From Prochlorococcus sp. AG-347-K17 (GTDB lineage: Bacteria; Cyanobacteriota; Cyanobacteriia; PCC-6307; Cyanobiaceae): DNA of 64,000 nt. The notes beneath the pieces were generated by a model. That model saw nothing but the letters and a program-made list of their open reading frames with translations. It ran no database searches and was not told the DNA's origin. Below, piece by piece: positions 1 through 12,056 of the stretch; the first letter of the stretch is position 1; the number at the start of each line of letters is the position of its first letter. Location: assembly GCA_003281385.1 (NCBI GenBank), contig QCCE01000003.1, positions 34,031-98,030 of the forward strand, read 5' to 3'. The position numbers and the translations under genes are program-made.

Positions 1-194
1 AGTTCATCATTAACAAGTTCCCCTCGATTCATAATATCTTTTACCTGAATACCGAGGGCAGTATTCATTTCGATTTCTTTTCTTAACAATTCACCCGTAG
101 AAAGGTGTAAATAAGAATTACTTTGACTTAGCAATTCTGCTTGAGTCCCTTTCCCCGCTCCAGGAGCTCCTAAAAATAGTATATGTTTCTTCAT
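1..194 (-). CDS. adk: adenylate kinase, N-terminal part (gene runs off the window start)
   Basis: Reverse-complement translation from the ATG at 194-192 gives [24 protein letters not shown]..., with the adenylate kinase P-loop GAPGAGKGT. The ATG overlaps the secY stop by 1 nt, and secY-adk is the conserved order. Confidence 0.9.
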   Translation of the reverse strand, partial: MKKHILFLGAPGAGKGTQAELLSQSNSYLHLSTGELLRKEIEMNTALGIQVKDIMNRGELVNDE

Positions 195-1513
195 TAATTG
201 TTAATTAAACCCTCATACCTTTGTGAAATAACATAAGTTTGAATTTGCTTAGCAGTATCTATAGCAACACCCACAAGAATAAGTAATGAAGTTGCTCCAA
301 GACCTTGAAAGGTCTGAACATTTGTAGCTCTCTCTACTGCAGCAGGGATTATAGCGACTGAACCCAGAAATAATCCTCCCAATAAAGTCAACCTATTTTG
401 TATACCTGATAGGTAGTTTGCTGTATTAGTTCCTGGTCTAACTCCTGGTATCGCTACTCCTCCTTTCTTTAAATTTGAAGCTACATCAACTGGATTTATA
501 GTAAGAGATGCATAAAAATAGGAGAACCCCAAAATCAAGGAGAAGAATGTAAGAGCGTATGGCCATGGATTAGAAGATCCTGGATTTAAACTATTGGCTA
601 GCTTGATTAAGACTGGATTACCTGTAACATTTGCAATAGTTATTGGTAAAAAGATTAAAGCAGATGCAAATATGATGGGCATGACTCCTCCCGCATTTAA
701 TTTCAAAGGTAAATAACTTTGCCTTGTAGGAAGTAGTGTTGAACTTCCTATCTGCCTTTTTGCACTAACAATAGGAATGCGTCTTGCTCCCTCTTGGACA
801 AAAATGATCCCAACAATTGTCAGTAAAAATACTCCAAGTAAAACTGCTATACCTAAAACATCTCCTCTATCGCCAGTTTGAGCTTTTTGAATAGTTGAAC
901 TTAGAGCCTTAGGTAAAGTCGAAACAATATTCAAAAAAATTACCAATGAAGCTCCTTGACCTATCCCTTTCTCCGTAATAATTTCACTAAACCACATTAC
1001 TAACATTGAGCCAGTAACTAAGGCAATGGAGGTTTGCAGGACAAATGTAGTTTCACTTATTCCCTGAATAGCATATTGTTTGAGAATTAAGGAAAAAATT
1101 ATACTTTGCAAAAAACCCCATCCTAATGAAACGTATCTAGTTATTTGAGCAATTTTTCTTCTTCCAGCTTCTCCTTCATTTTTTTGTAAATCTTCAAGCA
1201 CAGGCAATGAAGCTGTGAGAAGCTGAATAATAATTGATGCGTTGATAAAGGGAAGTATGCCTAATGCGAATATTCCTAAAGTTGAAATTCCTCCACCAGT
1301 AAAAATATCTAAAAAACCTATTAATTGCCCCCCCTGATCTATAAAACTTTTAAAAGCAACCCTATCAATACCAGGCATAGGGATATATATACCAAGTCTT
1401 ACTAACAGGAGGAGACCTAGAGTAGTTAAAACTCTACTCCTTAGCTCTCTATTTAAAAATAATTGGGAAAGTATTTCAGAAGCGCTAGGATTTCTACTTT
1501 TGTTGACAAACAT
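194..1513 (-). CDS. secY: preprotein translocase subunit SecY
   Basis: 439-aa multi-pass membrane ORF with typical SecY sequence ([28 protein letters not shown]). It sits at the distal end of the ribosomal protein operon. Confidence 0.97.
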   Translation of the reverse strand: MFVNKSRNPSASEILSQLFLNRELRSRVLTTLGLLLLVRLGIYIPMPGIDRVAFKSFIDQGGQLIGFLDIFTGGGISTLGIFALGILPFINASIIIQLLTASLPVLEDLQKNEGEAGRRKIAQITRYVSLGWGFLQSIIFSLILKQYAIQGISETTFVLQTSIALVTGSMLVMWFSEIITEKGIGQGASLVIFLNIVSTLPKALSSTIQKAQTGDRGDVLGIAVLLGVFLLTIVGIIFVQEGARRIPIVSAKRQIGSSTLLPTRQSYLPLKLNAGGVMPIIFASALIFLPITIANVTGNPVLIKLANSLNPGSSNPWPYALTFFSLILGFSYFYASLTINPVDVASNLKKGGVAIPGVRPGTNTANYLSGIQNRLTLLGGLFLGSVAIIPAAVERATNVQTFQGLGATSLLILVGVAIDTAKQIQTYVISQRYEGLINN

Positions 1514-1542
1514 TTTGAAGCTTACCTAAATATTTAGTAAAT

Positions 1543-2001
1543 TTATTTATTATTTATAAGCTCGCAGGATCCACCAGCGTCCTCAATTTTTTGTTTTGCA
1601 ACTTTTGTAAATGCATGAGCTTGGACTTTTAACTTTACATTAAGTTTTCCGTTACCTAGAATTTTTAAAGGAAATTTGGGCTTGAAGATTAATCCTTTCT
1701 TAACTAGTGAGTCTAAGTTAACAGTATCGTTATCTTTGAAATCATTTAATTTTTCTAAATTAATTATAGAAAAGTTCTTTTGATTAATTATTTCAAAGTG
1801 CTTTAATTTTGGAACTCTTCTATATAAGGGCATTTGGCCACCTTCAAAACCTGGACGTGTAGGTCTTCCAGAACGTGACTTTTGTCCTCTCATTCCAAAA
1901 CCACATGATGCACCTTGACCGGCTGCAATTCCTCTACCCTTTCTTAATTTTTTCTTTCTCGAGCCTGAGTTTGATTTAAGTGTATTTAATGTTGAAGTCA
2001 T
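1543..2001 (-). CDS. rplO: 50S ribosomal protein L15
   Basis: The translation has the Gly/Arg-rich L15 N-terminus ([25 protein letters not shown]). I place the start at the internal MTSTL (ATG 2001-1999), 4 nt after the rpsE stop, not at the ORF-track start at 2025, which would overlap rpsE. Confidence 0.9.
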   Translation of the reverse strand: MTSTLNTLKSNSGSRKKKLRKGRGIAAGQGASCGFGMRGQKSRSGRPTRPGFEGGQMPLYRRVPKLKHFEIINQKNFSIINLEKLNDFKDNDTVNLDSLVKKGLIFKPKFPLKILGNGKLNVKLKVQAHAFTKVAKQKIEDAGGSCELINNK

Positions 2002-2005
2002 AATT

Positions 2006-2626
2006 TTAAGAATAGAGCTGTTCAAGTGAGATGCCTCTCTCCCTAGAGGCAGATTTGTGTGTTCTTAATTGAGAAAGAGCTACCATAGCAGCTCTAGCAT
2101 TATTCAAAGGTGTTTTACTACCCAATCTTTTTGCTAAAACATTTTTTATGCCGGCTAATTCTAAAACTGTTCTTATTGAACCACCAGCAATTACACCTGT
2201 ACCTGGGGCAGCTGGTCTAATTAGAACATTAGCAGCACCATCTCGACCTAAAGATAAAGTCGGTATTGAATTGTTTGGGGTTAAAGGAACCCTAACAAGA
2301 TTCTTTTTACCATCTGAAACTCCCTTTCTCACTGCACCAATAACATCCCCTGCTTTACCAACTCCAACTCCAACTTGACCTTTTTCATTACCTACTACAA
2401 CTATTGCTCTAAAACTCATTTTTTTTCCACCCTTAACAGTCTTAGAGACGCGTCTAATTTGAACAACTCTTTCTTGCCAATCAGAATCTCTCTCTAGATT
2501 TTTTGAATCACCTCTTCTATTTCTTTTTCGATCATTACGATTATTCTTTTTTTGTTCTACGGGCGTAGCTCCAGGAACATTATCGTTCTTGGATTGAATT
2601 TCTTGTTTTGTTGGAGTGTCAGTCAT
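2006..2626 (-). CDS. rpsE: 30S ribosomal protein S5
   Basis: 206-aa ORF with the S5 core ([41 protein letters not shown]), in operon position between L18 and L15. Confidence 0.96.
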   Translation of the reverse strand: MTDTPTKQEIQSKNDNVPGATPVEQKKNNRNDRKRNRRGDSKNLERDSDWQERVVQIRRVSKTVKGGKKMSFRAIVVVGNEKGQVGVGVGKAGDVIGAVRKGVSDGKKNLVRVPLTPNNSIPTLSLGRDGAANVLIRPAAPGTGVIAGGSIRTVLELAGIKNVLAKRLGSKTPLNNARAAMVALSQLRTHKSASRERGISLEQLYS

Positions 2627-2641
2627 AGTAAAAATTAAAAG

Positions 2642-3010
2642 TTAGAATTCTAGGCCAGCTTCACGAGCAGCATCTGCAAGTGCCTTTACTCTACCGTGAT
2701 ATAAATTACCTCCACGGTCAAAAATAACTTGCTTAATACCTTTTTTTATCGCTCTCTTTGCTAATAATTTTCCAACAATGGAAGAAGAATTACAATCAGA
2801 AGGTAATTTCTCAGATTTTTCTCTTAATTCTTTATCAACAGTTGAAGCTGAGCAAATAGTTGTTTGAGCACTATCATCTATAACCTGAGCATAAATATGG
2901 TTATTAGAGCGAAAAACAGACAATCTTGGACGAGTTGCATCTCCGATTAAGAATCTCCTTAATCTTCTATGTCTTTTTTGTGTTTGTAATTTTCTGGAAA
3001 GTTTGGTCAT
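2642..3010 (-). CDS. rplR: 50S ribosomal protein L18
   Basis: 122-aa ORF with L18 features ([46 protein letters not shown]). Confidence 0.96.
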   Translation of the reverse strand: MTKLSRKLQTQKRHRRLRRFLIGDATRPRLSVFRSNNHIYAQVIDDSAQTTICSASTVDKELREKSEKLPSDCNSSSIVGKLLAKRAIKKGIKQVIFDRGGNLYHGRVKALADAAREAGLEF

Positions 3011-3024
3011 TTTTTTAATTGGAA

Positions 3025-3564
3025 TTATTTTTTGCCAGATTTACCAGCTTTTCTGAGAATTCTCTCATCATGATATTTAATTCCTTTACCTTTATATGGT
3101 TCTGGAGGTCTAATTGATCTGATTTTTGCTGCTTCATTACCAACAATTTCCTTATCAATTCCAGATACAGTAACGTTTGTATTACTCTCAACTTTGTATG
3201 TTATACCATCAGGGGGGATCATTTCTATAGGATGACTATATCCCGCACTGACAACTAGATTTTTACCTTTTACTTGTGCTCTCGATCCAACGCCTACAAT
3301 TTCAAGTTTTTTTGAAAAACCTTGACTAACCCCTTTTACCATATTTGCAATTAAAGCTCTACATAAACCATGTCTTTGCCTTGAGAATATTTTGGTAGTA
3401 GCGGGAATTACGACAACAGTATTATCTTTTTTATCAAAACTAACTCCTTCTGGCATCTGACGTTTTAACTCACCCTTAGGGCCTTTAACTGTAACTGTTA
3501 ATCCATCAAAATCAACAGATACTTTATCTGGGATTAGTACTGGTGTTTTTCCAATTCTTGACAT
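3025..3564 (-). CDS. rplF: 50S ribosomal protein L6
   Basis: 179-aa ORF starting MSRIGKTPV and containing [11 protein letters not shown], typical of L6. Operon order fits. Confidence 0.96.
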   Translation of the reverse strand: MSRIGKTPVLIPDKVSVDFDGLTVTVKGPKGELKRQMPEGVSFDKKDNTVVVIPATTKIFSRQRHGLCRALIANMVKGVSQGFSKKLEIVGVGSRAQVKGKNLVVSAGYSHPIEMIPPDGITYKVESNTNVTVSGIDKEIVGNEAAKIRSIRPPEPYKGKGIKYHDERILRKAGKSGKK

Positions 3565-3576
3565 GATTAATCCTCC

Positions 3577-3978
3577 TTAATAAACATAGCAAAGTACTTC
3601 ACCACCTATACCTTGCTTCCTAGCATCACGATCACTCATGACACCTTTAGAAGTAGATATAATAGCAACTCCAAGACCTCCTAGTACTTTTGGTAAAGCT
3701 CTAGTATTTTTATAAATTCTCAAACCAGGTTTACTAACTCTTTGCATGGATCGAATAGTAGGGAATTTATTCTTGCCACTATATTTCAGACCAAGTATTA
3801 TTTGTGACTTATAGCCTTCACCTTCTTCATTAATGTCAGAAATGAAACCCTCTTTTTGAAGCACTTTTGCAATACTTAGGGACATTTTTGAACTTGGGAT
3901 TGATGTGGTTGTATGCTTTTTTTGACTCGCATTTCTAATTCGAGTAAGCATATCTGAAATAGGATCGTGATTTGACAT
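3577..3978 (-). CDS. rpsH: 30S ribosomal protein S8
   Basis: 133-aa ORF with [13 protein letters not shown] at the N-terminus and GGEVLCYVY at the C-terminus, both typical of S8. Confidence 0.96.
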   Translation of the reverse strand: MSNHDPISDMLTRIRNASQKKHTTTSIPSSKMSLSIAKVLQKEGFISDINEEGEGYKSQIILGLKYSGKNKFPTIRSMQRVSKPGLRIYKNTRALPKVLGGLGVAIISTSKGVMSDRDARKQGIGGEVLCYVY

Positions 3979-3987
3979 AGTTTTAAT

Positions 3988-4527
3988 TTAATTCTTACTA
4001 AAAGGCATTCCTAACTCTTGCAAGAGAGCTTTACCCTCTTGATCTGATCTCGCACTAGTGACAATAGTTATATCCATACCTCTTATTGAATCTATTTTAT
4101 CAAAAGAGATTTCAGGAAAAATTAATTGCTCTTTAACTCCAACGGTGTAATTCCCTCTCCCGTCAAAACTTTTTGGATTAACTCCTCTAAAGTCTCTTAT
4201 TCTTGGTAAAGCTAGATTTATAAATCTCTCTAAAAAAGAATACATCCTATCACCTCTCAAAGTTACAGTACAACCAATTGGCATACCCTCACGAATTTTA
4301 AAACCCGCGATAGCTTTTTTGGCTCTAGTTACTAGTGCCTTTTGCCCTGTAATTGTTGCCATTTCATTCAAGGAAGCCTCTAAAGCTTTTGAATTTGAAG
4401 CTGCCTCACCAAGACCTCTGTTAACGTTGACTTTGACAACTTTAGGTACTTGATGAATATTTTTAAGACCAAGGTCTTTTAAAAGTTTTGGTCTAATTGA
4501 TTCTTTGTAGCGATTTTTTAGAGTCAT
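3988..4527 (-). CDS. rplE: 50S ribosomal protein L5
   Basis: 179-aa ORF with L5 sequence ([28 protein letters not shown]). It directly precedes rpsH with no rpsN between them, the arrangement I recall for cyanobacteria. Confidence 0.96.
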   Translation of the reverse strand: MTLKNRYKESIRPKLLKDLGLKNIHQVPKVVKVNVNRGLGEAASNSKALEASLNEMATITGQKALVTRAKKAIAGFKIREGMPIGCTVTLRGDRMYSFLERFINLALPRIRDFRGVNPKSFDGRGNYTVGVKEQLIFPEISFDKIDSIRGMDITIVTSARSDQEGKALLQELGMPFSKN

Positions 4528-4601
4528 AATTTTTTGTTAATTCTGGTCTTTGTCAGAATTGATAAATTAGAAAAAGTTTAAATCTGGTTTCTGATGAAAA
4601 A

Positions 4602-4958
4602 TTAATCAATTACTTCACCAGTTTTCTTAAGTCTTCTTTTCTTAACACCCTCTTTATCAATAAAATATTCAATCTTGCTTGTAAGATTTTTTTCCTTTGA
4701 GAAGAACATTACATTTGATGCATGTAAAGATGCCTCCTCTGTAAGTATTCTTCCAGTTTCCCCTTCCTGAGTGGGTTTTACATGTTTAGTCCTTAGGTTA
4801 ATTCCCTTAACTACTACTCTATTTTCTAGAGGAATAGTTTTTAAAACCTCTCCAGTTTTGCCCTTTTCCTTGCCGTTAATTACTTTTACTAAATCTCCAG
4901 TTTTGATTCTCATTTTTAATCTTTGGAAAATCTTCTTTTGTTTTAATGAATCCAACAT
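4602..4958 (-). CDS. rplX: 50S ribosomal protein L24
   Basis: 118-aa ORF with the KOW motif ([21 protein letters not shown]), located between L14 and L5. Confidence 0.94.
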   Translation of the reverse strand: MLDSLKQKKIFQRLKMRIKTGDLVKVINGKEKGKTGEVLKTIPLENRVVVKGINLRTKHVKPTQEGETGRILTEEASLHASNVMFFSKEKNLTSKIEYFIDKEGVKKRRLKKTGEVID

Positions 4959-5324
4959 TTAAATCACCTCCGGAGCAAGAGAAACAATTTTTGTATAATT
5001 TTTATCCCGCAGTTCTCTGGCTACAGGACCAAAAACTCTAGTACCCTTTGGATTCTTATCCTCATTAATCAAAACAGCAGCATTATCATCAAATCTGATT
5101 GAATTCCCAGTATTTCTTCTTAATGTTGCTTTTGTTCTAACGATGACAGCTTTCACAACTTCAGATTTCTTAACTCCCATATTCGGAAGAGCATCTTTAA
5201 CAGTTGCTACAATTACATCCCCAACATGTGCGTATCTTCTATTAGAACCTAAGACCCTAATACATTGGAGTCTTTTAGCTCCGCTATTATCAGCAACTGT
5301 TAAATAGGTTTCTTGTTGAATCAT
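4959..5324 (-). CDS. rplN: 50S ribosomal protein L14
   Basis: 121-aa ORF starting [17 protein letters not shown], a highly conserved L14 N-terminus. Confidence 0.97.
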
Positions 5325-5587
5325 TTTTTGACCTCCTTAGCCTGGCTTGTTTTATTCAGAATCTCTTCAATTGCCCATCTTTTATGGGCGCTAAGCGGTC
5401 TAGTTTCCCTTATTTTAACTCGATCGCCTAAAACACATGTATTTTCTGGATCATGTGCCTTATATCTCGTAGTTCTACTTACAATTTTTTTATAAGTGGG
5501 GTGTGGATACCTATTAATTACAGCAACAACAACTGTTTTATCCATTTTGTCGCTGACAACAGTACCAATTCTTTCTTTAAGTGCCAT
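5321..5587 (-). CDS. rpsQ: 30S ribosomal protein S17
   Basis: 88-aa ORF ([16 protein letters not shown]..., [22 protein letters not shown]). Its stop overlaps the rplN start by 4 nt. Confidence 0.95.
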
Positions 5588-5596
5588 AACTAATAA

Positions 5597-5815
5597 TTAA
5601 TCAGAAGTAGTTTTAGAAGCAGATTGACTTTTACTAAGAGTTAGTAATTGCGCAACTTGTTTCTTGATGATTTTAAATTTATGAGTTTCATTAAGCTGTC
5701 TCGTAGCTTGCTTGAATCTCAATTCAAAAAGATCTTTTCTTAATTGGTCAATCTTTTCAGTAATTTGATCAGGATTTAATTTTTTAAATTCTTTAAGAGA
5801 CTCTGAGTTTTTCAT
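5597..5815 (-). CDS. rpmC: 50S ribosomal protein L29
   Basis: 72-aa helical ORF ([17 protein letters not shown]), located between L16 and S17. Confidence 0.92.
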   Translation of the reverse strand: MKNSESLKEFKKLNPDQITEKIDQLRKDLFELRFKQATRQLNETHKFKIIKKQVAQLLTLSKSQSASKTTSD

Positions 5816-6294
5816 TGTTTAACCTCCTCTTGAGATTTTTTACTAATATTTTTCTTTTCTTGGGAAGCAACTTCTAGATTTTTATCAATGGAGATAAATT
5901 TTGTTTTTACCGGAAGTTTGTATTGAGCCAGACGCATAGCTTCCTTTGCAGTTTCCTCAGTGATATCCTCACCACCCATTTCAAAAAGTATTCTTCCCGG
6001 TTTTACAACTGCAACCCAAAACTCTGGATTACCTTTACCAGAACCCATTCTAGTTTCGGCAGGTCTCATGGTTACAGGTTTATCAGGAAATATTCTTATC
6101 CAGATTTGACCGCCACGTTTGATATATCTTGTCATAGCTCGTCTACTCGCCTCGATTTGTCGTGCAGTGACCCAACCACAGTCTTGAGCTTGGAGAGCAA
6201 ATTGACCGAATGCAATAGTATTACCTTTTGAGGCTACTCCCCTCATTCTGCCTCTATGCTGTTTACGGAATTTAGTACGTTTTGGACTAAGCAT
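5812..6294 (-). CDS. rplP: 50S ribosomal protein L16
   Basis: 160-aa ORF starting [19 protein letters not shown], the canonical L16 N-terminus. Confidence 0.97.
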   Translation of the reverse strand: MLSPKRTKFRKQHRGRMRGVASKGNTIAFGQFALQAQDCGWVTARQIEASRRAMTRYIKRGGQIWIRIFPDKPVTMRPAETRMGSGKGNPEFWVAVVKPGRILFEMGGEDITEETAKEAMRLAQYKLPVKTKFISIDKNLEVASQEKKNISKKSQEEVKQ

Positions 6295-6305
6295 TTTTTT
6301 ACCTC

Positions 6306-7037
6306 CTATGAATTCTCATTTGAACGATCCTCAAACTCCTGAGGTCTTCTACTAGCTTTCCTCTTAGGGCTCGCACCCACAGGGATAGTTTGCTCTTCTT
6401 TAGGGAGAACTTCACCCTTGAAAACCCAAACTTTAATGCCTAGAACACCGTAAGTTGTATTAGCTTCACGTGTTGCATAGTCAATTTCAGCTCTCAAAGT
6501 ATGCAATGGTACTCTACCTTCTCTAGTCCATTCAGTTCTAGCTATTTCAGCACCATTTAATCTACCCCCAACTTGTATTTTAAGACCTAAGACTCCAGCC
6601 CTTTGAGCACGTTGTAAGGCCATTCTAATAGTTCTTCTAAAAGCGACTCTTTTTTCTAGTTGTTGTGCAATATATTCAGCCAGCAGGAAAGCATCGGCGT
6701 CTACGCGTTCTACTTCAACAACATTAATTCTGACTTGCCTTGTCCTATCTCCTATAGTTTTTTGAATCCCAGATCTTAATTCTTCAATACCACTTCCCTG
6801 TCTTCCAACTATAACTCCAGGTCTTGCTGTTTTTAATTCAAGTTCCAGTTGGTCAGCTTTTCTAGCTATTAAAACATCGCTGATTCCCGCTGCTCCATAT
6901 TTTTTTTGTATGAATGAACGAATTTTAAAATCTTCTTGGAGAAGAATTGGATATGTTTTGGAAGTAGCAAACCACTTAGAGCGATGCTCTTGTGTAATAC
7001 CTAATCTTAGTCCAGAAGGATGTATTTTATGTCCCAT
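6306..7037 (-). CDS. rpsC: 30S ribosomal protein S3
   Basis: 243-aa ORF starting [13 protein letters not shown], with a KH domain and the [13 protein letters not shown] motif. Confidence 0.97.
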   Translation of the reverse strand: MGHKIHPSGLRLGITQEHRSKWFATSKTYPILLQEDFKIRSFIQKKYGAAGISDVLIARKADQLELELKTARPGVIVGRQGSGIEELRSGIQKTIGDRTRQVRINVVEVERVDADAFLLAEYIAQQLEKRVAFRRTIRMALQRAQRAGVLGLKIQVGGRLNGAEIARTEWTREGRVPLHTLRAEIDYATREANTTYGVLGIKVWVFKGEVLPKEEQTIPVGASPKRKASRRPQEFEDRSNENS

Positions 7038-7423
7038 TAGTTTTGTACCTCCGGATTAGTTTGAATAGGAGCAGATTTAACAGAAATACTGATGTGGCAA
7101 GTCTGTTTTTTAATTGAAAAAGCTCGACCTTGAGCTCTAGGCCTGTACCTTTTCATTACAGGACCGCTATTAGCCCATGCAGAGGAAATCACTAAGGTAG
7201 ATGGATCCATCCCGAGATTATGTTCTGCATTGGCAACTGCAGATCTCAAAACTTTAGTGATAGGGTCTGTAGATCTGTAAGGCATAAATTCCAACATAAT
7301 CAACGCATCCCTATAAGATCTACCCCTTATCTGATCCAAAACTCTCCTAACTTTAGAGGCTGAACCGCGAACATAATTCCCATGAGCAATAGCTGTTTTG
7401 GGAGTTTCAGGTGTTTTTGTCAT
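7037..7423 (-). CDS. rplV: 50S ribosomal protein L22
   Basis: 128-aa ORF ([28 protein letters not shown]), typical of L22. Confidence 0.95.
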
Positions 7424-7698
7424 GATTTTGCTCCTTTCTTATCTCTTATATGACCTCGGTAAGTGCGTGTAGGAGCAAATTCACCGAGTTTATGACCAAT
7501 CATTTGTTCAGTAATAAATACTGGAATGTGAGTCTTGCCATTATGTACAGCGATTGTATGACCGATCATTAAAGGTAAAATCGTAGAAGATCTCGACCAA
7601 GTTTTGATAACAGACTTGTCATTATCAGTATTTTGTTTTTCTACCTTCTTGAGCAAGCTATCTGCTATAAAAGGTCCTTTTTTTAGTGAACGTCCCAT
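7420..7698 (-). CDS. rpsS: 30S ribosomal protein S19
   Basis: S19 begins at [10 protein letters not shown] (ATG 7698-7696). The 25 extra N-terminal codons in the ORF track overlap the rplB 3' end and are not S19-like. Confidence 0.94.
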
Positions 7699-7735
7699 AA
7701 TTATGTAATAGAAATTGAAGTAATAGATGAAGTAA

Positions 7736-8599
7736 TCAAGAGTCTCTTCCTCCTCTACTCCTCTTAGAAACACGACGACGTCTTCGAACTACTAATTTAT
7801 TACTTGGTTTGTTCTTTTTACGTGTCTTTAAACCAAGAGCTGGTTTACCCCACGGAGTGACTGGGCCTGCCCTACCAATTGGTGCTTTTCCCTCTCCTCC
7901 TCCATGTGGATGATCACATGGGTTCATCACACTACCTCTTACTTGAGGCCTTCTTCCAAGCCATCTTCTTCTTCCTGCTTTACCTAAGCTAGTATTTCTT
8001 ATTTCAGCATTGCCAACTTCTCCAAGAGTTGCATAGCATTCTTTTCTTACAAGCCTTACTTCGGTAGATGGGAGTTTTAAAGCGACATAATCACCCTCTT
8101 TTGCCATAACTTGGGCACTAGCTCCTGCGGATCTAACCATCTGAGCACCCCTACCTTCATATAATTCAACACAATGAACGCTAGATCCTAATGGCATAAC
8201 AGAAAGCGGCATTGCATTTCCATCTTCAATTGGAACACTTTCTCCAGATATGACATTTTGTCCTACTTTTACTCCTGCTGGAGCGATAATATATCTTTTT
8301 TCCCCATCTTCGTAGAATAAAAGTGCCAATCTTGCATTTCTATGGGGATCGTAGTGAATAGCTGCAACTTTTGCGTTAATATTTCTTTTATCTCTTCTAA
8401 AGTCCACTAATCTATATTGCCTCTTGTGACCACCTCCACGATGGCGACAAGTAATAACTCCACGATTATTCCTGCCTTTAACTCTATGTTTTGAAACTAT
8501 CAGTGATCTTTCAGGTTTTGTACTTGTAATTTCACTAAAGTCAGAAACTACTCTCTGCCTAGTGCCAGGTGTATAAGGTTTGAATTTACGAATTGCCAT
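7736..8599 (-). CDS. rplB: 50S ribosomal protein L2
   Basis: 287-aa ORF with L2 signatures ([18 protein letters not shown]). Confidence 0.97.
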
Positions 8600-8611
8600 G
8601 ATTAAAACTCC

Positions 8612-8914
8612 TTAAGATTCTGGAAATAGTTGGATTTTGTCTCCCTCAGCAAGACGTACAATTGCCTTCTTGACCTGAGAACGTTTACCGGAAAATTTCC
8701 CGACTCTTCTTGTTCTCCTAGGAGGATTCATAGTGTTAACTCCTATGACTTTAACATTGAACAAGGCTTCAATAGCTGACTTTATTTGTGGTTTTGCCGC
8801 TCTATGATCTACCTCAAATGTATATTGGTTAAGATCTAGCGCATTTGTAGCTTTCTCAGTAATGACTGGCTTTCGTATTACATCTGCCAAACGAGAATCG
8901 AATAATTTACTCAT
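8612..8914 (-). CDS. rplW: 50S ribosomal protein L23
   Basis: 100-aa ORF ([24 protein letters not shown]), located between L4 and L2. Confidence 0.94.
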   Translation of the reverse strand: MSKLFDSRLADVIRKPVITEKATNALDLNQYTFEVDHRAAKPQIKSAIEALFNVKVIGVNTMNPPRRTRRVGKFSGKRSQVKKAIVRLAEGDKIQLFPES

Positions 8915-9543
8915 GATGCATAAACCTCCTGAATTTTATCTATCGCTGATTGACCTATTACCAATTTATTAGCATTGAGAATATCAAATACATTTAATTG
9001 ATCGGCGGCGATTAATTTTACTTTTTCAATATTATTGATGGATTTTTTTATAACATCTGAAGGATTATCAAGAATAACCAAAACTTTTTCAGTTTTTTGT
9101 ATACCTAATCGAACAAGACCATTGATAATATCACTTGTTTTTGGCTGCTTAAGAGTAGATCCAAAATCTTCAACAGCCTTCATATCAGATACCCTGGACA
9201 TAAGTGCTGTTCTAAGGGCTAATCTACGTTCCTTCCGATTCATATCAAGATTGTAAGAACGTGGCTTGGGTCCAAAAATAATTCCACCACCAGGTCTTAA
9301 GGGTGTCCTTATTGATCCTTGACGAGCTCTTCCTGTGCCTTTCTGTTTGTATGGCTTCCTACCACCCCCACGCACCTCCGATCTTGTCAAAGTTGAAGCT
9401 GTCCCTTGTCTTTTATTTGCCAGCTGCCTAAGGACTGCTCTATGGATTAAGTCTGAGGAAGAAGCTTCTTTAGCAACTGCTAAATCAAGAGTAACTTTGC
9501 CGGATTTTTTACCATCCCACTTTAGAGTTTCAAGTGTTGTCAT
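8911..9543 (-). CDS. rplD: 50S ribosomal protein L4
   Basis: 210-aa ORF with the L4 motif ([30 protein letters not shown]). Confidence 0.96.
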   Translation of the reverse strand: MTTLETLKWDGKKSGKVTLDLAVAKEASSSDLIHRAVLRQLANKRQGTASTLTRSEVRGGGRKPYKQKGTGRARQGSIRTPLRPGGGIIFGPKPRSYNLDMNRKERRLALRTALMSRVSDMKAVEDFGSTLKQPKTSDIINGLVRLGIQKTEKVLVILDNPSDVIKKSINNIEKVKLIAADQLNVFDILNANKLVIGQSAIDKIQEVYAS

Positions 9544-10193
9544 GATTTTTCACCTCCTTTTTTGCCTACAACATTATTTGGCTTGATGTTGACAATTGAG
9601 CCAGGCTTACCTGGGACTGAACCCTTTACTACAAGTAAATTTTTCTGATCATCAATTTTTAGAACTAACAAACCCTTAGTAGTTATCTGTTTTCCTCCAT
9701 ATCTCCCTGCCATTCTTTTTCCAGGATAAATTCTGCCTGGAGTTGTACCTGCTCCTGTAGATCCAGGTGCTCTGTGATTTTTTGAACCATGACTCATAGG
9801 ACCTCTGCTAAAACCATGTCTTTTCTGGTAACCAGAAAAACCTCTGCCCATAGATTTGCCACTGATATCAACTTTTTGACCAACCTCAAAGTTTTTTACA
9901 GTTATTTGATTTCCGATTTCATAAAGTGAAGTTTCTTCAACCCTATATTCTTTCAAATGCTTTAAGAGTTCTTCACCTGATTTCAACAAATGTCCTTTTT
10001 CAGGTTTACTTATACTCTTCTCTTTGGATAAGCCATAACCAATCTGAACGGCAGTGTAACCATCCAAGGCGTTTGTTTTCAATTGAGTTACACGGCAAGG
10101 ACCAGCCTCAATAAGAGTAACTGGTACCGAATTACCATTGTCGTCGAAAAGTTGGGACATCCCCAATTTCTTTCCTAAAATTCCTATAGACAT
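9540..10193 (-). CDS. rplC: 50S ribosomal protein L3
   Basis: 217-aa ORF ([16 protein letters not shown]...) and first gene of the cluster. rpsJ is not upstream, which fits the cyanobacterial arrangement as I recall it. Confidence 0.96.
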   Translation of the reverse strand: MSIGILGKKLGMSQLFDDNGNSVPVTLIEAGPCRVTQLKTNALDGYTAVQIGYGLSKEKSISKPEKGHLLKSGEELLKHLKEYRVEETSLYEIGNQITVKNFEVGQKVDISGKSMGRGFSGYQKRHGFSRGPMSHGSKNHRAPGSTGAGTTPGRIYPGKRMAGRYGGKQITTKGLLVLKIDDQKNLLVVKGSVPGKPGSIVNIKPNNVVGKKGGEKS

Positions 10194-10474
10194 TAGACTA
10201 AATTAGGCTAGCTCGTAATGATTTTTCAATTATCTAAACCCTTTATTTATTAAGGTGAAGTTAATAAAAAAACAATTAAGTAAGGTTGAGACTTATCTGA
10301 AAATAAAGATAGTTTCTCATGGGATAAACCCACCTGATTTTTTTAACGAAACGCTAAAAAGTGTGAAATTTTGCAGAGGCTCGGCTAGCTTGCGAGCTTA
10401 AAAATTCACTGAATTACAATTGTACATCATCAAGTACCATAAAATAAAATAAAATAGAAATAAAGGAAATTTTT

Positions 10475-10951
10475 ATGCCATTACTTCTCACAGGGAAAAA
10501 GTTTCATAACGATTTAAAAACTAATAAATGTCTTGCAATTTTTACTCCTCTTGAAGGTGGATATGAAACTCGTCTTTTAAGGAGAATGAGGGCCAAGGGC
10601 TTTAAAACCTTTATAACCTCAGCAAGAGGGCTTGGAGATCCAGAAGTTTTCTTGCTCAAATTACATGGCGTTAGGCCACCTCACCTTGGTCATCAAAGCG
10701 TAGGAAGAAATGGAGCACTAGGAGAAGTTCAACAAGTAATCCCACAAGCTTCTGAGTTATTTAATGAGAATGATAAAAATAAATTACTTTGGTTATTAGA
10801 AGGTCAAGTTTTATCTCAATCTGAACTAGAGAGCTTAATAGAGATTTGCACTAATGATAATAAACTTAAGATGGTTGTAGAAATGGGGGGTTCAAGAAAA
10901 CTTGAATGGAAGCCATTAAGTAATTATATTTTGGATGAATTTGAAAGTTAA
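10475..10951 (+). CDS. ndhN: NAD(P)H-quinone oxidoreductase (NDH-1) subunit N
   Basis: 158-aa ORF matching the cyanobacterial NdhN family as I recall it ([17 protein letters not shown]..., [21 protein letters not shown]). Confidence 0.85.
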   Translation: MPLLLTGKKFHNDLKTNKCLAIFTPLEGGYETRLLRRMRAKGFKTFITSARGLGDPEVFLLKLHGVRPPHLGHQSVGRNGALGEVQQVIPQASELFNENDKNKLLWLLEGQVLSQSELESLIEICTNDNKLKMVVEMGGSRKLEWKPLSNYILDEFES

Positions 10952-10956
10952 ATTGT

Positions 10957-11955
10957 TTGATTAAAACAAAAAATACAAAAAATAAATGGATTAAGTTAAT
11001 TTGTGGTGCCAGTAATGAAGATATTGTTGCCATTGAAGATTTATGTGCAATTTATACTGCTGCTGGTGTTGACTACATAGATGTTGCAGCAGAAGAATCC
11101 ATAGTTCATGCAGCGAAAAAAGGAATCGGGTGGGCAAAAAAAGTCTTCAAAAACTCCCCTGGATTAATGATAAGCATTAGTGATGGTAATGATATCCACT
11201 TTCGTAAAGCAAAATTTGATCCATTAAAGTGTCCCCCTAATTGTCCAAGACCATGCGAAAAAGTGTGCCCCACCTTTGCAATTGATAATTCTGGTATCAA
11301 AAAGAGTAAATGTTATGGATGTGGACGATGCTTAAATAGCTGCCCTCTAAATCTAATAAGTGAATATGAATATAACTTATCAAAAGACGACTTAGCATCA
11401 ACACTTCAAAAAATAAAGCCTAATGCAGTAGAAATTCATACAGAAATCAATCGCCTAGATTCTTTTACAAAAGTTGTAAGTATCCTTAAAAGTTCTGGAG
11501 TGAAATTAGACAAGATATCTATTAGTTGTGGATTAAATCAATCTTTCAAAAAAGCACAAGAGCCCGAAGATCTTTTGAAAGCTCTTTGGGAAAGGTATGA
11601 AATTCTTAATGAACTAAATATTCCACTTATTTGGCAGCTAGATGGAAGGCCAATGTCTGGAGACCTTGCTCCTACTACAAGTAGAGATGCTATCAAGTTG
11701 TTTGAAAAAATCGGTTCAGATCTTCCTCCAGGATTAATACAATTGGCAGGAGGAACAAATGAAAAAACTCACGAATTTTTGAATTCAAACAATCTTCCAG
11801 ACGGAATAGCATTTGGAAGTGCTGCAAGAAAAATTATGCAGCCCCTAATTGAATTTGCTCACAAAAATAACAAAAAACTATATGAGTATCCTGAAAGAAT
11901 GGCTTTAGCGATCAAAAAAGCTCATAAATTACTAGAGCCATGGAAATCGAGCTGA
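10957..11955 (+). CDS. ldpA: LdpA-like iron-sulfur protein (light-dependent period protein family)
   Basis: 332-aa ORF with a TTG start and two ferredoxin-type cysteine clusters (CPPNCPRPCEKVCP and CYGCGRCLNSCP). Length and context resemble cyanobacterial LdpA. Confidence 0.7.
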   Translation: MIKTKNTKNKWIKLICGASNEDIVAIEDLCAIYTAAGVDYIDVAAEESIVHAAKKGIGWAKKVFKNSPGLMISISDGNDIHFRKAKFDPLKCPPNCPRPCEKVCPTFAIDNSGIKKSKCYGCGRCLNSCPLNLISEYEYNLSKDDLASTLQKIKPNAVEIHTEINRLDSFTKVVSILKSSGVKLDKISISCGLNQSFKKAQEPEDLLKALWERYEILNELNIPLIWQLDGRPMSGDLAPTTSRDAIKLFEKIGSDLPPGLIQLAGGTNEKTHEFLNSNNLPDGIAFGSAARKIMQPLIEFAHKNNKKLYEYPERMALAIKKAHKLLEPWKSS

Positions 11956-12056
11956 TTCGAATAATTTTTTTTTCAAAACCTGCGCCGTGTTAATAAAAAC
12001 TTTGTATTTTTTTTGATAGAAAAAAATCTTTTCATGTATTAAAATAAAAAAATTAA

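Noticed and set aside
2148-2378. 76-aa plus-strand ORF inside rpsE. Similar antisense ORFs occur at 4771-4962, 5313-5495, 5923-6231, 9035-9256, 9335-9586 and 9926-10114.
   Set aside because: All lie fully antisense to highly conserved ribosomal protein genes, have low-complexity or odd composition, and lack independent support. They are shadow ORFs.
3988-4601. Absence of rpsN (S14) between rplE and rpsH and of rpmD (L30) between rpsE and rplO, plus a 74-nt rplX-rplE spacer, as possible deletions.
   Set aside because: This matches the cyanobacterial operon architecture as I recall it (S14 encoded elsewhere, L30 absent), not an anomaly of this window.
10411-10437. TTGTACATCATCAAGTACC upstream of ndhN as a LexA or NtcA site.
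   Set aside because: The spacing is wrong. GTAC-N8-GTAC does not fit the LexA box (4-nt spacer), and GTA-N10-TAC does not fit NtcA (GTA-N8-TAC).
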